Shown in pieces: positions 13,306-27,967 of a stretch of DNA of 64,000 nucleotides. The stretch covers positions 72,044,001 through 72,108,000 of the forward strand of contig OZ024742.1 of assembly GCA_964016885.1 (NCBI GenBank). Reading direction: 5' to 3'. Both the position numbers and the translations under genes were made by a program. Source of the stretch: Eledone cirrhosa. Its lineage: Eukaryota. The notes beneath the pieces were generated by a model. That model was given only the letters and a program-made list of their open reading frames with translations. It was not told the origin of the DNA and did not search any database. The first letter of the stretch is position 1; each line of letters starts with the position of its first letter.

Positions 13306-13507
13306 TTAGTTATACTATTTATGGTTATGTAAACACAAGACCTTAAGCAGTTGTAAGTATTTTACACACACCCTAAATAGTGGTAGGCAGTATTGTATTA
13401 CTACCTTATTACCAGTAAGTTAAGTAGCTCAATGTAAAAACATCAGATGATTTACAGAGCAGTTATATGAAATATAAGAATCAAAGAACTGTTCAAAACA
13501 TTATTGT

Positions 13508-13552
13508 GCTTACAGCTGTTTCCTCCAAACCGAGGTTTGGATTCTTCGGAGC
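13508..13552 (-). ncRNA. Hammerhead ribozyme variant (CCGAAGA core)
   Basis: gct-CCGAAGA-a tccaaac ctcg gtttgga g-GAAA-cagctgta-agc. Palindromic stem III ACAGCTGT, GUA site. Downstream of a possible decayed minus-strand GIY-YIG remnant (~13900-14400). Confidence 0.7.
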
Positions 13553-14793
13553 AATTTATTAATGCATGGACAGTTATATGACCTCCCTTTCAGCCGAGAG
13601 ACATACCAATACATATTCAAACATTGATACATATTCAAACATTGTGGGTCAACATTCATTACAGAATTTAGAGTGGCAGTACACACTTCGAGATTACATT
13701 TATATTAATAGGTACAATCAAAAATCAAAAATATAGGTTAAAATACAACATAAAGATAAGCGGTTATATAGTGCAAATGTTATATGTGTGGCACGCATGT
13801 GCGTCTTGTTTATATAGTGTGGCAGAGAGATATGTGTGGTAGAGGCACTTAGGTAGGTAAATAAGAGTGTTAGGTTGGTAGATCTGGTGGCAAATTCTTT
13901 ATATGATTGATATAGTCTGTGTGTGGAGAAATATTATAAGCATTAAAGATAGTGCAAGCATTAAAAGTGTTATAAGTAATGGAGATGCACAGCGCAGGGA
14001 TGTCAAGTATTTCATGTACTTCGGCATTTTCATGGTCAGGGGAGTGTATTTTTCGATTATATGCCCTTCACGTAATCCACGACAATCCAGTTAGAGATCG
14101 TAGTCTGGTGTTCTTTAGTTCGATACAGGAGGTTGTTACGTTTCTAGAAACGCCATTGAATACCGCCCGGAAGTGTGTGTGTGGCAAAGGGGAGTTAATG
14201 CGTGCGGGGAGGTAACTCTGGGGTTTCTATATCTAGCCATTAAAATGTGTCCCAATATAGACTCTAAATTCTATGGTGATGCGCATCTTCCAAGAGAGAT
14301 TTTTAAAGCATAAAGTGTATTAACTATAGAGTAGTTTAATTAAGTTATGCTGAAGGTGGTCATATTATTATGGTGGATTAACCCATCTTAAGGTGCCACA
14401 AATGGAAATTATAGATGATGAGCGAGGATTCTAAATTAATGATCTCTGTGGTTGTAGTCTGCTCATATGACCAGGCGCGGTGATTGCAGGCTTGCTTCAG
14501 GACCCAATGATCTCTGGTAAGATCTGGGTCATCGCTTGCTACATTTGATGTCGAAAGAAAATCATCCCCAGGCCGGCCAAAGGTCAATCCGCAGTCCTCG
14601 CGACCCCTCTCTGACCGTCAGATCATCCATATACGTACAACCCGCCCGGCAGTTGCAATGCATTCACTCACTGCGCTCAGCAGTCCGGTCCTACTGGTCA
14701 ACAGCGCTACTCGATTAAATCATTTTACATCCGTCTAAGGAAGGTGTTTCCTCTGCACAACACTATCCGACCGATCAATTCATGCTCAAATAA

Positions 14794-17700
14794 AGTGGAA
14801 ATAATACCTATACATCTACCCAATATACATGAGGCAATAATATGATATAATTACAAGAGACACATATAATAAATAATAAACAATAAAATTATATAATTCA
14901 ATATAATATAATAAAATAGATAATCCCCGGTTAGTTTACAGAAACAATATAGATGTCACAATAAAATACAATGATAATACGTAAACAGTGTACTAACATT
15001 TGCCATAAACAATGTATACAAATCGATTCATACTGGGTTACAGAGTAAATGAGGAAAAATAAATTATATAATACTAAAAAAAACACTATAATGGTACTGT
15101 AAAAATCCTCTTGAAGAGATTCCGGACAACAGCAGATCTACTGGAGGTAGAAACTATAATAGACATAACGAAATTATGGCTGATTCTATGAATGTGGCTT
15201 CAACTAATCCTGATAGTAACCCTAGTCTCGACGGTGGGACATTTGATAGGGGTAGGGTTGGTAAGAATAAAAATAAAAATAGAAGGCGATTAAATACTTA
15301 TTTCAACCCGCCATATAATCAGGATGTATCAACTAATATCCCTAGGTCTTTCTTCACTATCTTAGAGAAAAATGTCCCCCCTTCTCATAAATACCATGGT
15401 ATTTTTAATAAAAATGTTATTAAACTCTCATTCTCTACCACCCCTAATATTAGTTCTCATTTAGCTAGCACTAATAATAGGAAAATTAGGGATGGATTCT
15501 TCTCTCTACATACTACTAGTCTGAACGGATCTGACAATGCTTTACCACCAGAACAGTCCTTATCTAATAGAGGTCCTACGTGTAATACATCACCACTCGA
15601 GCCAACCAATAACACCCGGAAGTGCCATTGTAGAGTGAGTGCTAACTGCCCTCTAAATGGTAACTGCCTTTCTAAGAACATTGTCTACGCTTGCGAAGTT
15701 ATAACTAATTCCTCTAATAGAACGTATATAGGATCTACTTCAAACACTTTTAAGACTAGGTTTAACTCTCATATCTCTAACTTCAAACATGTTAGGTTTA
15801 AGAATTCTACCTCTTTAGCGCATTATATCTGGGATCTTAAGGGAGCTTATATACCATATAGCCTTAACTGGCGTTTAGTAGCACGCTCTAACCACCTTTC
15901 TACACATAGTAAGTTTTGTAATCTCTGTATACTCGAGACACACTCTATTATTTTCTCTAGCGTATCCTTACTTAATAGAAAGTCTGAGATATTCTCTTCT
16001 TGCCCCCACGCCATTTCTAATTCTTATTTTTATTATAAACCCAAACGTTCTAGTAGTACACATTGTACCCATTAGCTGATATATTCCATTACTTAGTTTT
16101 TAGTTTAGGTTCTTTTGTTTGCCAACATTATTGTTATCATCATTATTACCATTGGTTTTTGATGACTCTTCATTCTAGCTCTCATAATCATTTGGCTACT
16201 GTACCATATCTATGTTTTCACTATTACACCTTGTTAATATACATAAGATTACACGCTTTACGCCACTTACGTTATTCTATTATTATCTTTATTTTTATTT
16301 TTATTATTAATTTTATTTTTAATTCTATTTTTATTTCTAATTTTATTCAGATTCATCTTTGGACACCCCCCACTCCCCTCCCCTTCCCCCTCACCCCCAT
16401 GCGCACATAAACTTATTGTCAACCCCTCCAGATTGACTATGATTATATTTAACCCCCCCCTCTTTTATGCTTCATTCTATTATTTATTATAGTATATCGA
16501 CTATATTTTATGCCACTTCGCACCCTCCATACATTTCGTCAATTCTGTCCCCATTAGCCTACCTTAATTCTACTTAAGTCAGTTTTTTAGATATCGTTGC
16601 GTATATGATAGTAACAAATTTTCATTCCTTTTTGTAAACAGTTGTAATGAAACATTAAAGTTTATAAACTTTAATGACTTAAACTACAGCTAATATTATA
16701 CTACCTTATTGGATAGGTTTGATAATTTTAATATTAATTTATCAAATAGGGTTTTGAGTCAATTAAAATGATTGTTTTCCTTAGTGTTTACCTAATTTCT
16801 TAACCGCATGTGAGGCCTTAGTGTGTATATATTTGCTTTTGTTTTGTAATTTCCGGTTGATTATATTTATTTATTTATTTCATTCTATATTCTATTTACT
16901 ATACACTGTCTGGCTTTGCTTACACATCCACATATGTCTGTCTACTAACCTTGTAATTATAAGTATTATTTTATGTCAATTTATAATATATTATATTATA
17001 TTGTATTGTAATATTGATCCTTATTACTTACTGTTCATTATATGTAACATTATGACATTTAAACTTTATATATCATGTAAGATGTCTATATATTTTGTAA
17101 TATTGTAATATTGATCCTTATTACTTACTGTTCATTATATGTAACATTATGATATTTAGACTTTACATATCATGTAAGATGTCTGTATATATTTTTTTCT
17201 GTACCATCATAATTTTTACAGTACCATTATAGTGTTTTTTTTAGTATTATATAATTTATTTTTCCTCATTTACTCTGTAACCCAGTATGAATCGATTTGT
17301 ATACATTGTTTATGGTAAATGTTAGTACACTGTTTACGTATTATCATTGTATTTTATTGTGACATCTATATTGTTTCTGTAAACTAACCGGGGATTATCT
17401 ATTTTATTATATTATATTGAATTATATAATTTTATTGTTTATTATTTATTATATGTGTCTCTTGTAATTATATCATATTATTGCCTCATGTATATTGGGT
17501 AGATGTATAGGTATTATTTTCACTCTTATCATGCTTATTTTTATATTCAAACTTCTAATAGGGCTTAATTTGTGTAGTTGATCATAGATGGGTGTATTGT
17601 TATATGTGTGTGTGTGTGTGTGTGTGCGCACATATATACATGTATATATATTGTACCTTTTGATTTTTAATTTGTAATTTTAATGTTGGTAAAGGTATAT

Positions 17701-18180
17701 TATTATAATGTATTATGTTTATTGCATTGTGTTATATATAATTCCTGCTCTATATAACCAAATTTGTTTAGATTTAGGTTAGTTGCTTTTGACTATATTT
17801 GTAATATGGTTCTTAATGTTATCTACATCCTTAGTTATTCTTATTATTATATATTTTTATTATTTTTATTTTTATTTTTATTTTCATTTTTATTATCATA
17901 TATTTTTGTAAGACTTTAGTGTATGCACACTCCATATTCTTCAGAGTTTCCGGCTTGTATCTGCCGATATTACTTCTTGTTGTTTTGATTGCCCTGATGA
18001 GTCCTTAATAGGACGAAACATTGTCGGCTAATAAAAACTTTTGATGTATTAAAGGATTCTTTGTTTTACTCTCTTAATTTTTTGGCTCTGTTTAACTGCA
18101 TTGAGCTATACCTTTTACTGTCATTTCTATAATACGAAGAGGGTGTTTAACTCCAACACGCTCCAGTATTCTAATCCTTA
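14794..18180 (+). mobile_element. Penelope-like element 3' part (GIY-YIG) with inverted 5' duplication
   Basis: ORF 15176-16075 CHCRVSANCPLNGNCLSKNIVY...YIGSTSNTFKTRFNSH. 14794-15106 is inverted versus 17212-17524. Terminal hammerhead at 17991. Confidence 0.88.
17991..18028 (+). ncRNA. Minimal type I hammerhead ribozyme (intact core)
   Basis: gcc-CTGATGA-gtcct taat aggac-GAAA-cattGTC-ggc. Confidence 0.88.
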
Positions 18181-18201
18181 TATATATATATATATATATA
18201 T

Positions 18202-18274
18202 AAAATACATAAGTGGAAACAAAACAGTGCAATCACATTTTTGCGGGAAAATATCTTACCTTCTCTAATTAAAG

Positions 18275-18306
<32 letters not shown>

Positions 18307-18592
18307 AGAAAGAAAGAAAATTTCAAATATACGAAAGATTTCCTGGTGGAAGTTCAGCTATACTCCGGTTGGTATCCAGTTTCGGGGTGAAAATCCAATT
18401 ATAAAATCCAGCCCGTCTCCTCAATCTATCTTATTTCTCATTCTTTCTTCTGATGAAGGACTAGTGTCCGAAACGTTAAGACCCTCTTCCTGCTATTTCA
18501 AGCGTTAACCTAATATATTCCTTCCATATGCTGTACCGATTGCGTTGTTATTTCTGTTTACCTTTTACACACACACACACACACACACACAT

Positions 18593-18635
<43 letters not shown>

Positions 18636-18754
18636 ATGCCAATCATTGTAAGTTTCAATCTAACTGAGATGCAAAAACATATAGGAATAAGGTAAAAAAA
18701 ATATAGGAATAAGGTAAGCCCAAATCACAGTAGATTCAAATATCACAGAGATAT

Positions 18755-18830
<76 letters not shown>

Positions 18831-19515
18831 GGGAGAGATGGGGCAGAAATGAGATGGAACAGAAATGAAACATGGATTACAGGTTAAAATGTAGTCTAGA
18901 TAGATGAGAAACAAAACGAGGATGAGTTTATGGAACACCCAAATGATTTAGAAGTCGACCATAAGTAGGTGCAATAACATTAAGAAAGACATGAACGACA
19001 CCACATCATTTTGTTTGGAAAATTTTGAAAGTAAGTTTATAGGTATGAATTTTCATAATATTTCGTAGTTGTCCCTGTGGCCTAGTGGTAGGTGCTGGAG
19101 ACGGTGGAGATCCTGACCTTGGGTTCAATCCTGGTCAAGAGGTACATGTAACCTTTTTGAGTTTTTATTTTACAACCAATAGAAAAAAACTGAAAAGGTT
19201 TACCGGGAACCCTACACACCACCAGGCTCGAACTTCAGACCAGGATCACCACTGTCTATGATTACTCCAACTAGGCCACCGAGACAGCTACGAAAACAGT
19301 GAAAATTGATAATTGTAAACCTACTTTCAAAATCAAAGTTAAAAAGATGTGGTGTCATGTTTTTCCTAGAGCTATTAGTAATATTTAGGGTCGACTTCTG
19401 GTCATTATTGAAAGTCTCTGGATTTCGCAAAATACATAATATTTTTTGTTGGAGAAGGTAAGATATTTTTCCGCAAAAATTTGATTGCACTGTTTTGTTT
19501 CCACTCATGTATTTT
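18202..19515. mobile_element. Foldback/MITE-like element with tRNA-like boxes in both arms
   Basis: Outer IR 18202-18265/19452-19515; inner imperfect IR ~18940-19140/~19215-19410. A/B-box-like motifs at 19077-19135 (+) and 19220-19282 (-). Confidence 0.6.
18410..18568 (+). mobile_element. Solo pLTR of the Penelope family at 57000-59724, with hammerhead at 18446-18481
   Basis: Close match to 59567-59724. tctt-CTGATGA-a ggac tagt gtcc-GAAA-cgtt-aaga. Confidence 0.85.
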
Positions 19516-19921
19516 TCGAAAATGTTATTTATTCATTATAAAAATGAAATGATAGCATTCTATACGTAGTGCCCCCACTCTTCATCTCCTAGCAACCAAT
19601 ATTTTTTGACCCAGTCCGTCACTGTATATATATATATATATATATAATGTAAGTCGAAATGAATTATATCGATCTGATTACACCATAAAATGCTCAATGA
19701 ACATTAAGGGATAAAAAGTAACATTTCAGAGCATCATGCAACTGGTTACGCGAAATCGCGTGAGCACTGTCGTCATTGAAATATGTATCACAGCCTTATC
19801 AATAAAGAGCTTTAACATCTGCAACTACTTCACATTTTCTTATTCTAAATATATTCCGTTATTCCTATGTGGAAAAAGTACGTAGAGTGCTTGAATTGAA
19901 TTGAATCAAAATTTACCGTTA

Positions 19922-19958
<37 letters not shown>

Positions 19959-19961
<3 letters not shown>

Positions 19962-20651
19962 TCATCATCATTCGTCGACTACTGTCGAGATGATGGATCT
20001 CACTCTCATGCCCCAGAATTCCCTGTCCCCCATCGCTGCCCCCAGATCCTGTCTACTGATTCCCGTATCCCTAGAGATAACGTCAGGGAATGACAGCTTC
20101 CTACTCCTAGTCAGGCTGGAGTCAGGGTTCCAGAGCAAGAGAGCGGATATGATTCCATTGCTGGCACGGTGACAGTGGTCAGCAAATTGAGCTCTCCGGG
20201 ATATGTCAGGTCACCAGTTGGTGCTACTGGTAACATGTATCCCAGTACAACCTGTCTCATGGTCGGGTCGTTGGCGACTAAACTGGCAACCCCACCAAGA
20301 TTTCTTGGTGAGGAGGGTGACTTTGGACATCCTGCAGGACTAAAAACAAAACCTGTCAAAGGGCAAAGGAACTCCTGGGAGCTCTTAAGAGCTCTTGGAG
20401 TCAATGGCCATCCAAAACCAGCACGGCCCGCCGAAAGGCGCTGCAGTGCCGGAAAAGTCAACTTCCTGCTACTAGTATGCTGGTAAGCTAGTGCAACGTA
20501 TCTCCAGACGGATAGAGTGGGTTCGTAGCTTTGGTTAGCCACTACTCTAGTGCTTGCAACACGAACAATTAGGGCGAGGGTATAAATGCCAGGTTGGTAT
20601 CTGGCGCCGGGTAACCCACCACACGGAGGAGAAAGCACCTTCTTCAAGACT
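19959..20651 (-). mobile_element. Short internally deleted RTE-like retroposon with (GAT)n tail
   Basis: (ATC)n at 19959-19971. 20204-20412 is shared with the 5' part of the C2H2/(ATGT)n family. Confidence 0.5.
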
Positions 20652-20940
20652 ATATATATATATATGAGAGTATTGAAGTTTGCTTGAAGCCTTGTGGGAT
20701 AATAAGATATATTTCTTTAGGTCGTTTTGGAATCCTCAACAATGCAGATGGGTAAATCTCCGGGTAACAAGATCCGGTGGTGGAGAGAGAGATGTAAGTG
20801 AATGTAGGTTGAGATGTGTAGTGTGTAGTGTGTAGAAGAGTGTATGAAAGAGCGTAAAGGATAACAATAATAATAACACGAGATAGAGTTACCTTGGGAG
20901 AGATTTAATTGTCCCTATATATTTCGGATTCACATCCATC

Positions 20941-21115
20941 AACTGGAGGAGGGGGTTTCCGGGGGGGGGGGGGGTTGTCTGTCGGAAAGGTGCGAAACGT
21001 GTCCTCCGCTGTTCGTTGTTTTGAATATCAGATATTCAAAACAACGAACAGCGGAGGACACGTTTCGCACCTTTCCGACAGACAACCCCCCCACCCTCCG
21101 GAAAAACCCCCAGTT
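20941..21115. repeat. Near-perfect palindrome (62-bp perfect arms, 1-nt spacer at 21030)
   Basis: 20968-21029 is the reverse complement of 21031-21092, with imperfect G/C-rich extension. Confidence 0.92.
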
Positions 21116-22065
21116 TCACCTGCACACTCAAAGGATCACCAGTCTTGTCTGGTGAGTTCGCAGGTTAGACTCCAGAGTAGCAAGGCTTAGCCATAATAAA
21201 TGAATATTTAAATTCTACTTCGGTATTGAGTTTTCATTCTTACGTCCTCAATATGTCACATACTCTCAGATCTTGAATAATCGTCCCCACCCTCCCCGCT
21301 TATTAGTTTGTCAGACTACCCCCCTCACTCGGCTTTTATTTCACACCACCCCCACCCACTTATTAAATTTTGCTCATCTATCTCTGGCGAAATTTTATTG
21401 TAAGTGATTCATATTGATACAGCAGCTGGAGAATATAATAATTATATTTTACATTAAAAAACCATTATATATGATAAAAGAAATCCCATATTTACGAACG
21501 TACACTATATAGTTACTGGAACCCCCCCCCCCCCCCATTATTGCTCACTACCTATTATTTCGGACGCGAGAGTGCCACCAAACTCTCCTCCTTTACGTCT
21601 ATCACACAAAACTCTCTTTTAATCTCTCTGTATCTACTAAAACCAAACTCTACCCCTTTCTATATCTACTACGACACCGCCTCTCTTATCCCACTCTCTA
21701 TATCTACCATACAACACTCTCTCTGTCATTCCCTCTCACTCTATTTATCACTACCAATACCTATCTATATCAATCACCCACTCTATATCAATTTACACCA
21801 AACTCTCACCTTCTCTATATCTACTACACGGTATTCTCTTCCATTCCGCCTCACTATATCAACATCAATTTCTCTCCCTATCTATATCTACAACGCACTC
21901 TCCCAACGCCCCTCACTATATCAATTACCACCAAACTAACCCCCTCTCTATATCTACCATACAATACTCCCATTCCTTCTCACTCTATCCATCACTACCA
22001 AACTCTCCCCTCTCTATTTCTACCATACAACATTCTCTCCCAATCGCCCTCTCTATATCAATTAG

Positions 22066-25000
22066 CACTTGATATAGACGTGATTTACTTTGCTCCGGAT
22101 TTTTGCGGATTGTTGTAAAAAAGAACTGTGAGTTTATTGATCAATTTAATAACATTATTGGGTTTAGCCCCTTGCCTTGGGTGTCAGACGTTAAGTCAAC
22201 AATTTTCGCCCCTTTCTGGGGCGAAATTTTCAATTTTCATCTAAAAACTGTAGACTTGGTGGCAATGGATGCCATTTCCACCTCGCACACTGTCGTGAGT
22301 GCCACGCCCACTAAGAAAAGTGGTGGAGGGAAGGTAGGAGTACAAAGCTTGCAGCCGTCCCCCCTCGTATCATCGAAAAACGTGGAAAATATCGAAACCG
22401 CGAAACCAAACCCGGTAAATAATACCAGCACCAACAACAAGAACAATGACAACAACACCACAACCAACAACTGCAACAATAGCAACACCAATATTACCAA
22501 CAGTGACAGTAACACGAAAGACAACAACACCAAAACAACATTTGCACAGACCGTAAAAAAAACGAACTATACACGCCAATAGACATAACAAATGCTAAAC
22601 AACTATTACAAGACGCAAAACAATTCGTGACTTTTGGCGGAAACGGTGCTTTTAGCATCAATTCTCCACAGGAATTACGTAGAGAGGCTGTCCTGAAAAC
22701 TGTGGTTTTCAGGACAATATCGAACGTAACAAGAAAACCAACTCAATTATCACAAAATGAAATTGAGCTGGTTCTAAAAGACGCAATGAAGGACTTGACC
22801 TTCATACAAAAAGGTAAACTGTTTGGTAGCATTTCGGTGCTGATGAACAACCAGTCAACAGCTCAAAAGTACTCGATAGCACCCATTGTGTCCCCCCGCT
22901 TCACCTTTTACCCCACATACAGGGGAAAAAGGACACAAAGAATAAAAATAATGAGTATCACACCATTTGGTGGATACTATGTGGAATAATAAACTTTGAC
23001 GACGAAGACAAGATAATTTCAATAGGAAAGTCCTCCGCAGGTGTATTTGGTGGGACCACCGTAGAAGTTCTGGTGAAAATGAGCCCAGAACGAATAGCGA
23101 ATATCCCACAACGCGTGCCTCTGGACGGGCTAACTTATATAAACATTTCAGTGGAGGGAAGGCGGCCGTCATGTTACCACTGCTTAAGCAGGGGTCACCT
23201 GAGGGCTGCCTGTCCTCAATTAACGAGTAAAAAAAAAAAGGCTCTTCTGCCAACCCCGAACACAACAACACAACCACCACCACCACCACCACCACAACAA
23301 CACGGAAAAATAACAACACAAAACACTGTTCCACCCAACCCCTCCCTACCTAAAACAAATACAAAAGCAACCACAACAAAACCCCAAAATATACCCCTCC
23401 CCAACAACACGGAAGAGGACTCCGTATCAACGTCACCCAGTGACGACGAGGGAGAACCCTTTCAACAGGTGAAAAGGAAAAAAAAAAGGCACCACATTAA
23501 CAAAAATGCCACAAACACACAACCACCAGCACAAACAGAACAAACATCACAAATAAAAAAAACCACCCCTCCCCAAAACATAACACGTACTACAAAACAC
23601 AAACACCCGCAAGAACAACAAACAAAAACAAACACAACACAACAAAAACTCTATACATACATTAACAAGAACAATAAAACGTTGATGAAAGCGATAGAAA
23701 ATAACCCTTCGGTGGAAACCGAAGGGATCACTTTCACCTACGCAGCGAACAAACCGCACCTAATGATGATTAGGGTCCCAACAGAAACCTATGTAACTTT
23801 GAAAAAGAACCATCCAATGCATGTGGGGACCAACTGCACCAAACCACATAACAGCGTCCTATTGAGATGTTTCCCCACCCCCACACCAGACACCCACACC
23901 CCACCAAACACCCTAATCCCACCACACACTGATGTCCACACCCCACCACAAACCACCACCCCACCAAACAACCTTTCCAACACACCCATGGAAATTGTGC
24001 AGCCTGGTCCCCAGGAGACGAAAAGGTAAGTAATTTCCTTTCCTCTTCCTTTTTACCTCTTCAGCACCAACATGGCCAATATAAAAGTTGGATGTGTGAA
24101 TGCACGCGGCTTGGGGATGTCCTGGAAACAGGGCAAACTCTTAAATGACCTCAGGTCGCACAGAGTGGATGTAATGGTTATTTGCGAGTCCAGGATCAGC
24201 AGCGAGCGCCAGCTGGCCCCCATCTTCGACGACTTTGAGATCTACGCATCTCTCTGTCAGCCGAGGCGTGGGGGTTGGGTTGTCGTTCTGCTGCGAAAAT
24301 ACCTGGGTCTTGCCACACAGAAGGTACACCTGGACCCGGAGGGTCGACTGGTGGTTTTAGACGTCGGCAGTGGTGAAGGTGGAGCTTTCAGGCTGGTGGC
24401 AGCGTATGCCCCACGGGGACACCGCAACCGGACTTCTTCCGACGCCTGGAGAATTTCCTGGGAACGTCTCGCTCCTTGCTTTTAGTGGGGGACTGGAATG
24501 GTATCCTGGATGCACGTTGGGACTATGTAGGGGCATGTCCTGATAGAGGGGGTGTAACAGCCTCAAACGATTAATCGGCCGATTTGATCTGGCCGATAGA
24601 TATCGACTGGATTTTCCGACTGTGCCACGGTGGACGTGGAGTAATCGCAGCGGAACATCCAGGTCGTACCTAGATAGGTTCCTAGTTAGAAATAAGGATA
24701 GGGACATATTAAGCTGTCCACGAATGTTCATGGTTGACTATTCGGATCACAAGTTGTTGACCGGAGTGGTCAACCTTGATAGAACTCATAGACAGGGACC
24801 CGGTTACTGGAAGCTAAACTTGTCTTTACCGACAAACAAAGCTTACAGTAAGCGGATTAGCACACTAGTTAAGCAGCGTTTGACGGGGGCAATTGTAAAC
24901 AACAGGTGGTGGGGATCTCTCAAGAGAGAAATTAGAATAGAATCGATAAGTTTTAGTCGGGAATTAGCATCAGGTAGGAATAGAACTGAAAGGGAATTAA

Positions 25001-27736
25001 CAAATAGAGTAGAAGAGGCGATTAAGAGTGGCAACGTGGCCGGCGTGCTGGCGTCAAGAACGGCCCTAGACCAGTTCTTTGATGCGAAGCACGAGGGCTG
25101 CGTTGTCAGGAGTAAAATACGTGCTCTGGGTAACGAGGGAGCCAAAGCTGTTAGCTGGGCCCAAGTGACAGACACAAAAAGTGGAAACAAGTTCACGATT
25201 CGGTCTTTGAAGGACCAGGATGGACGCGTGATCCTTGAACCTGAGCGCGGATGAGCGCGGCCTTTCAACGGCGCTTTGCACGACTGTTCGGGAGGGGCGG
25301 CGGGCCGGGTGGGGCCATGGATTTCGGTCCATACCTCGACGGTCTGGCGCGGCTTTCGGACGGGGAGGCGAAGTCCTGCGAGAGGCCGATTTCAGCCGCT
25401 GAAATAGGGGAAGCGCTGAGCCAATGCGGCAAACGCAAATCTCCGGGTCTCGATGGTCTACCATACGAACTTTATGTAGCGATGCCGGGCTTGTTGTCCG
25501 GTCTCCTCGAGGCGGTCTACTGCAACTGGCAACAGAACGGGAGAATTCCCAGTTCTGTGACCAAGGGCGTAGTCACGCTGGTGAGGAAGGACGAGAACAA
25601 GGGGGATGACATACATAACTTCAGGCCCATAACTCTGCTAAACACAGTGTTAAAGATTTTGGCCAAGGTGTTAGCGAAGAGGTTGGCGCTTGTCGTCAGG
25701 AACCTGGTGGGAGAAGCGCAGACATGCGCAATCCCGTCCAGGTCCATACACGACAACCTCCACCTCATGCGATACATCGTAGAGAGGGTAGGGAACGAAC
25801 CGGGCTTTGATGGGGCCCTGATCAACTTGGATCAATCTAAAGCGTTCGATAGGGTTGACCATCGGTACCTGGATGCGGTGCTCGCGGCGGCAGGCTTCGG
25901 ACCCGTTTTCAGGGGCTGGATTGCTGCAATGCACAGCAGCAACACCTGCTCGAGGGTCAAGGTGAACGGCTACCTCTCGGAGCCGTTCCAAATCACGCGA
26001 TCCATTCGACAGGGATGCCCTCTCTCCTCCCTCCTGTATGTGCTGGCTCTCGAGCCACTACTGAGGAAGCTGGAGCTGTTGCAGGGCATCCCCTTGGAAC
26101 CGGGATTGCGGAAAGCAGTGTGGGCCTACGCCGATGACGTGACAGTAATGGTGTCGTGCGCCTCGGAAATCGGGCAGATCGGCACCTTACTGGAGGAATA
26201 TGAAAGGTTCACAGGAGCCAAGCTGAACCGGGACAAGTCCGTCGGTTTGCAACTCGGGACGTGGAGGGGCAAAACGATGCCCTCCGACGGCATCGTCGGA
26301 CGCTGGACGGAGGGACCGGTGAAGCTGCTCGGGGTCTGGTTCGGACCGGACCTCCAGGTGGAGAAAAACTGGGACGAGGTAACGGGAAAGGTGTTTGCAC
26401 TCGCCCAGAAGTGGGCCGAGTGCAAACTATCCCTGAAAGGTCGAGCGGAGGTGGCGAACGCTTATATAGCGTCCGTCATCTACTACCGCTTGACCGTCGT
26501 GCCTTGCCCAGAGAAAACACTCGCCAAAATGGAGCGCGCGCTCTTCCGATTTCTTTGGAAGAAGCGGGCTCCTTTGGTGAGAAGATCCATCTGCTGTCAA
26601 CACCCTTCGAACGGAGGGCTGGGGATGCCGTGGCTGACGATGCGTAGACACGCATTAAGGCTACGGCACCTCCAGGTATTCCTCATCGGTCAGCCGGTGT
26701 GGGCCCTGTTTGTGAGGCGAGCCTTTCCGAGACTCGTCTCACTCACCGAGCTGCAATCCTGGATCAAGCAAAGACCGAGAAAAATGGGCGACTGGCACAT
26801 TGAATGTGCCCAGGCGCTCACGGCCCTCTGGCAAGCGGATCCGGCAATCAGTGGAGACTCAACCTCAACATTCTATAGAGGGTTGGTGCGCAGTAAGTGC
26901 GACGACGCTCTCGGACAGGCTCTGGGCATGGAGGAAGACGAGCTGGCCAGTCTGTTCGGTAGGACGTTTGGCTCGGGACCGATGGACAACTTCCAAAAGT
27001 CCCTGGCTTGGCAATGCTACCGAGGAGCTCTACTCGTTCGGGACAAGCTCTACAGACACGGGCGCCCGGGTAGGTACCCCTCGAAGAAGATCTGTCCAAG
27101 ATGCGTGCGTGACGAGGAAACCGTCGCACACGCATTCGTACACTGCCCGGGCGTTGCTGACCTGTGGGGCTATGTAGAACGACTACTGTCGCGGGTGGGA
27201 CCAATCCGGTTGACCACCGAGAACATTGTCACAATCAAACCGCCTCCCCCTTTCAAAAACGAAGGAGAGGCGGTTTTCCTCTATGTGATAGCCATGGCGA
27301 AAGAAGTTGTATGGTGGACATGGTTGAAAGGGCTGAGGTCAGACACCTATCTCTCCGGCCAACAACTGGTCTTTTTTTTCAAGTACCACTTTAGAAGAAG
27401 GATCAGAATGGAGAGAGAGGTGCTCTACCCCAGCAAGTTTTATGAAAGATGGGTGAAAGTAGCGAGAATGGCCCGAGTGAATGGGCCTTCTCTCTATATC
27501 AGCCTGTAGGTGAGAGAGGAGAGGAAGGAAGCACCCGCTCTTTGTGCTCCTGAAGAGGAGGGTTGCACATTTTTTCGGGGGTGTGTGCGACCGATGTCAA
27601 CACCCCTCCCTATTGAGGACATCGATTGTTAAATTTAATTTGTTATATGTTTTTTACACGTCTTTTTAAATGTATGTAAATTCCCCCCTTTGTATTTGTC
27701 CCAATCTTTGATGCCCTGGTGGCAAATAAATAGAAA
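22066..27736 (+). mobile_element. Near full-length L1/Tx1-clade LINE (ORF1 CCHC; ORF2 APE-RT), inactivated by stops and frameshifts
   Basis: ORF1 CYHCLSRGHLRAAC. APE from 24072 (VNARGL...SYLDRF...SDH). RT SPGLDGLP, LDQSKAFDRV, RQGCPLS, YADD. C-terminal CPRC...ETVAHAFVHC. A-rich tail at 27724-27736. Confidence 0.95.
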
Positions 27737-27906
27737 TATATATCTAATATACAACACACTCTACCAACCTTCCTCTCTATATCAATTACCACCAAACTCT
27801 ACCCCTCTCTATATCTATATCTATTTCTCCCATCTGTCTCTACGTAACACGTTCAAAAATTGTTGCGCATATACAAATAGGTATGTGTTTTGGTAGTTCG
27901 ATCGTC

Positions 27907-27967
<61 letters not shown>

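Noticed and set aside
19071-19140. tRNA gene
   Set aside because: A/B boxes are present but there is no acceptable cloverleaf; the same applies to the SINE heads.
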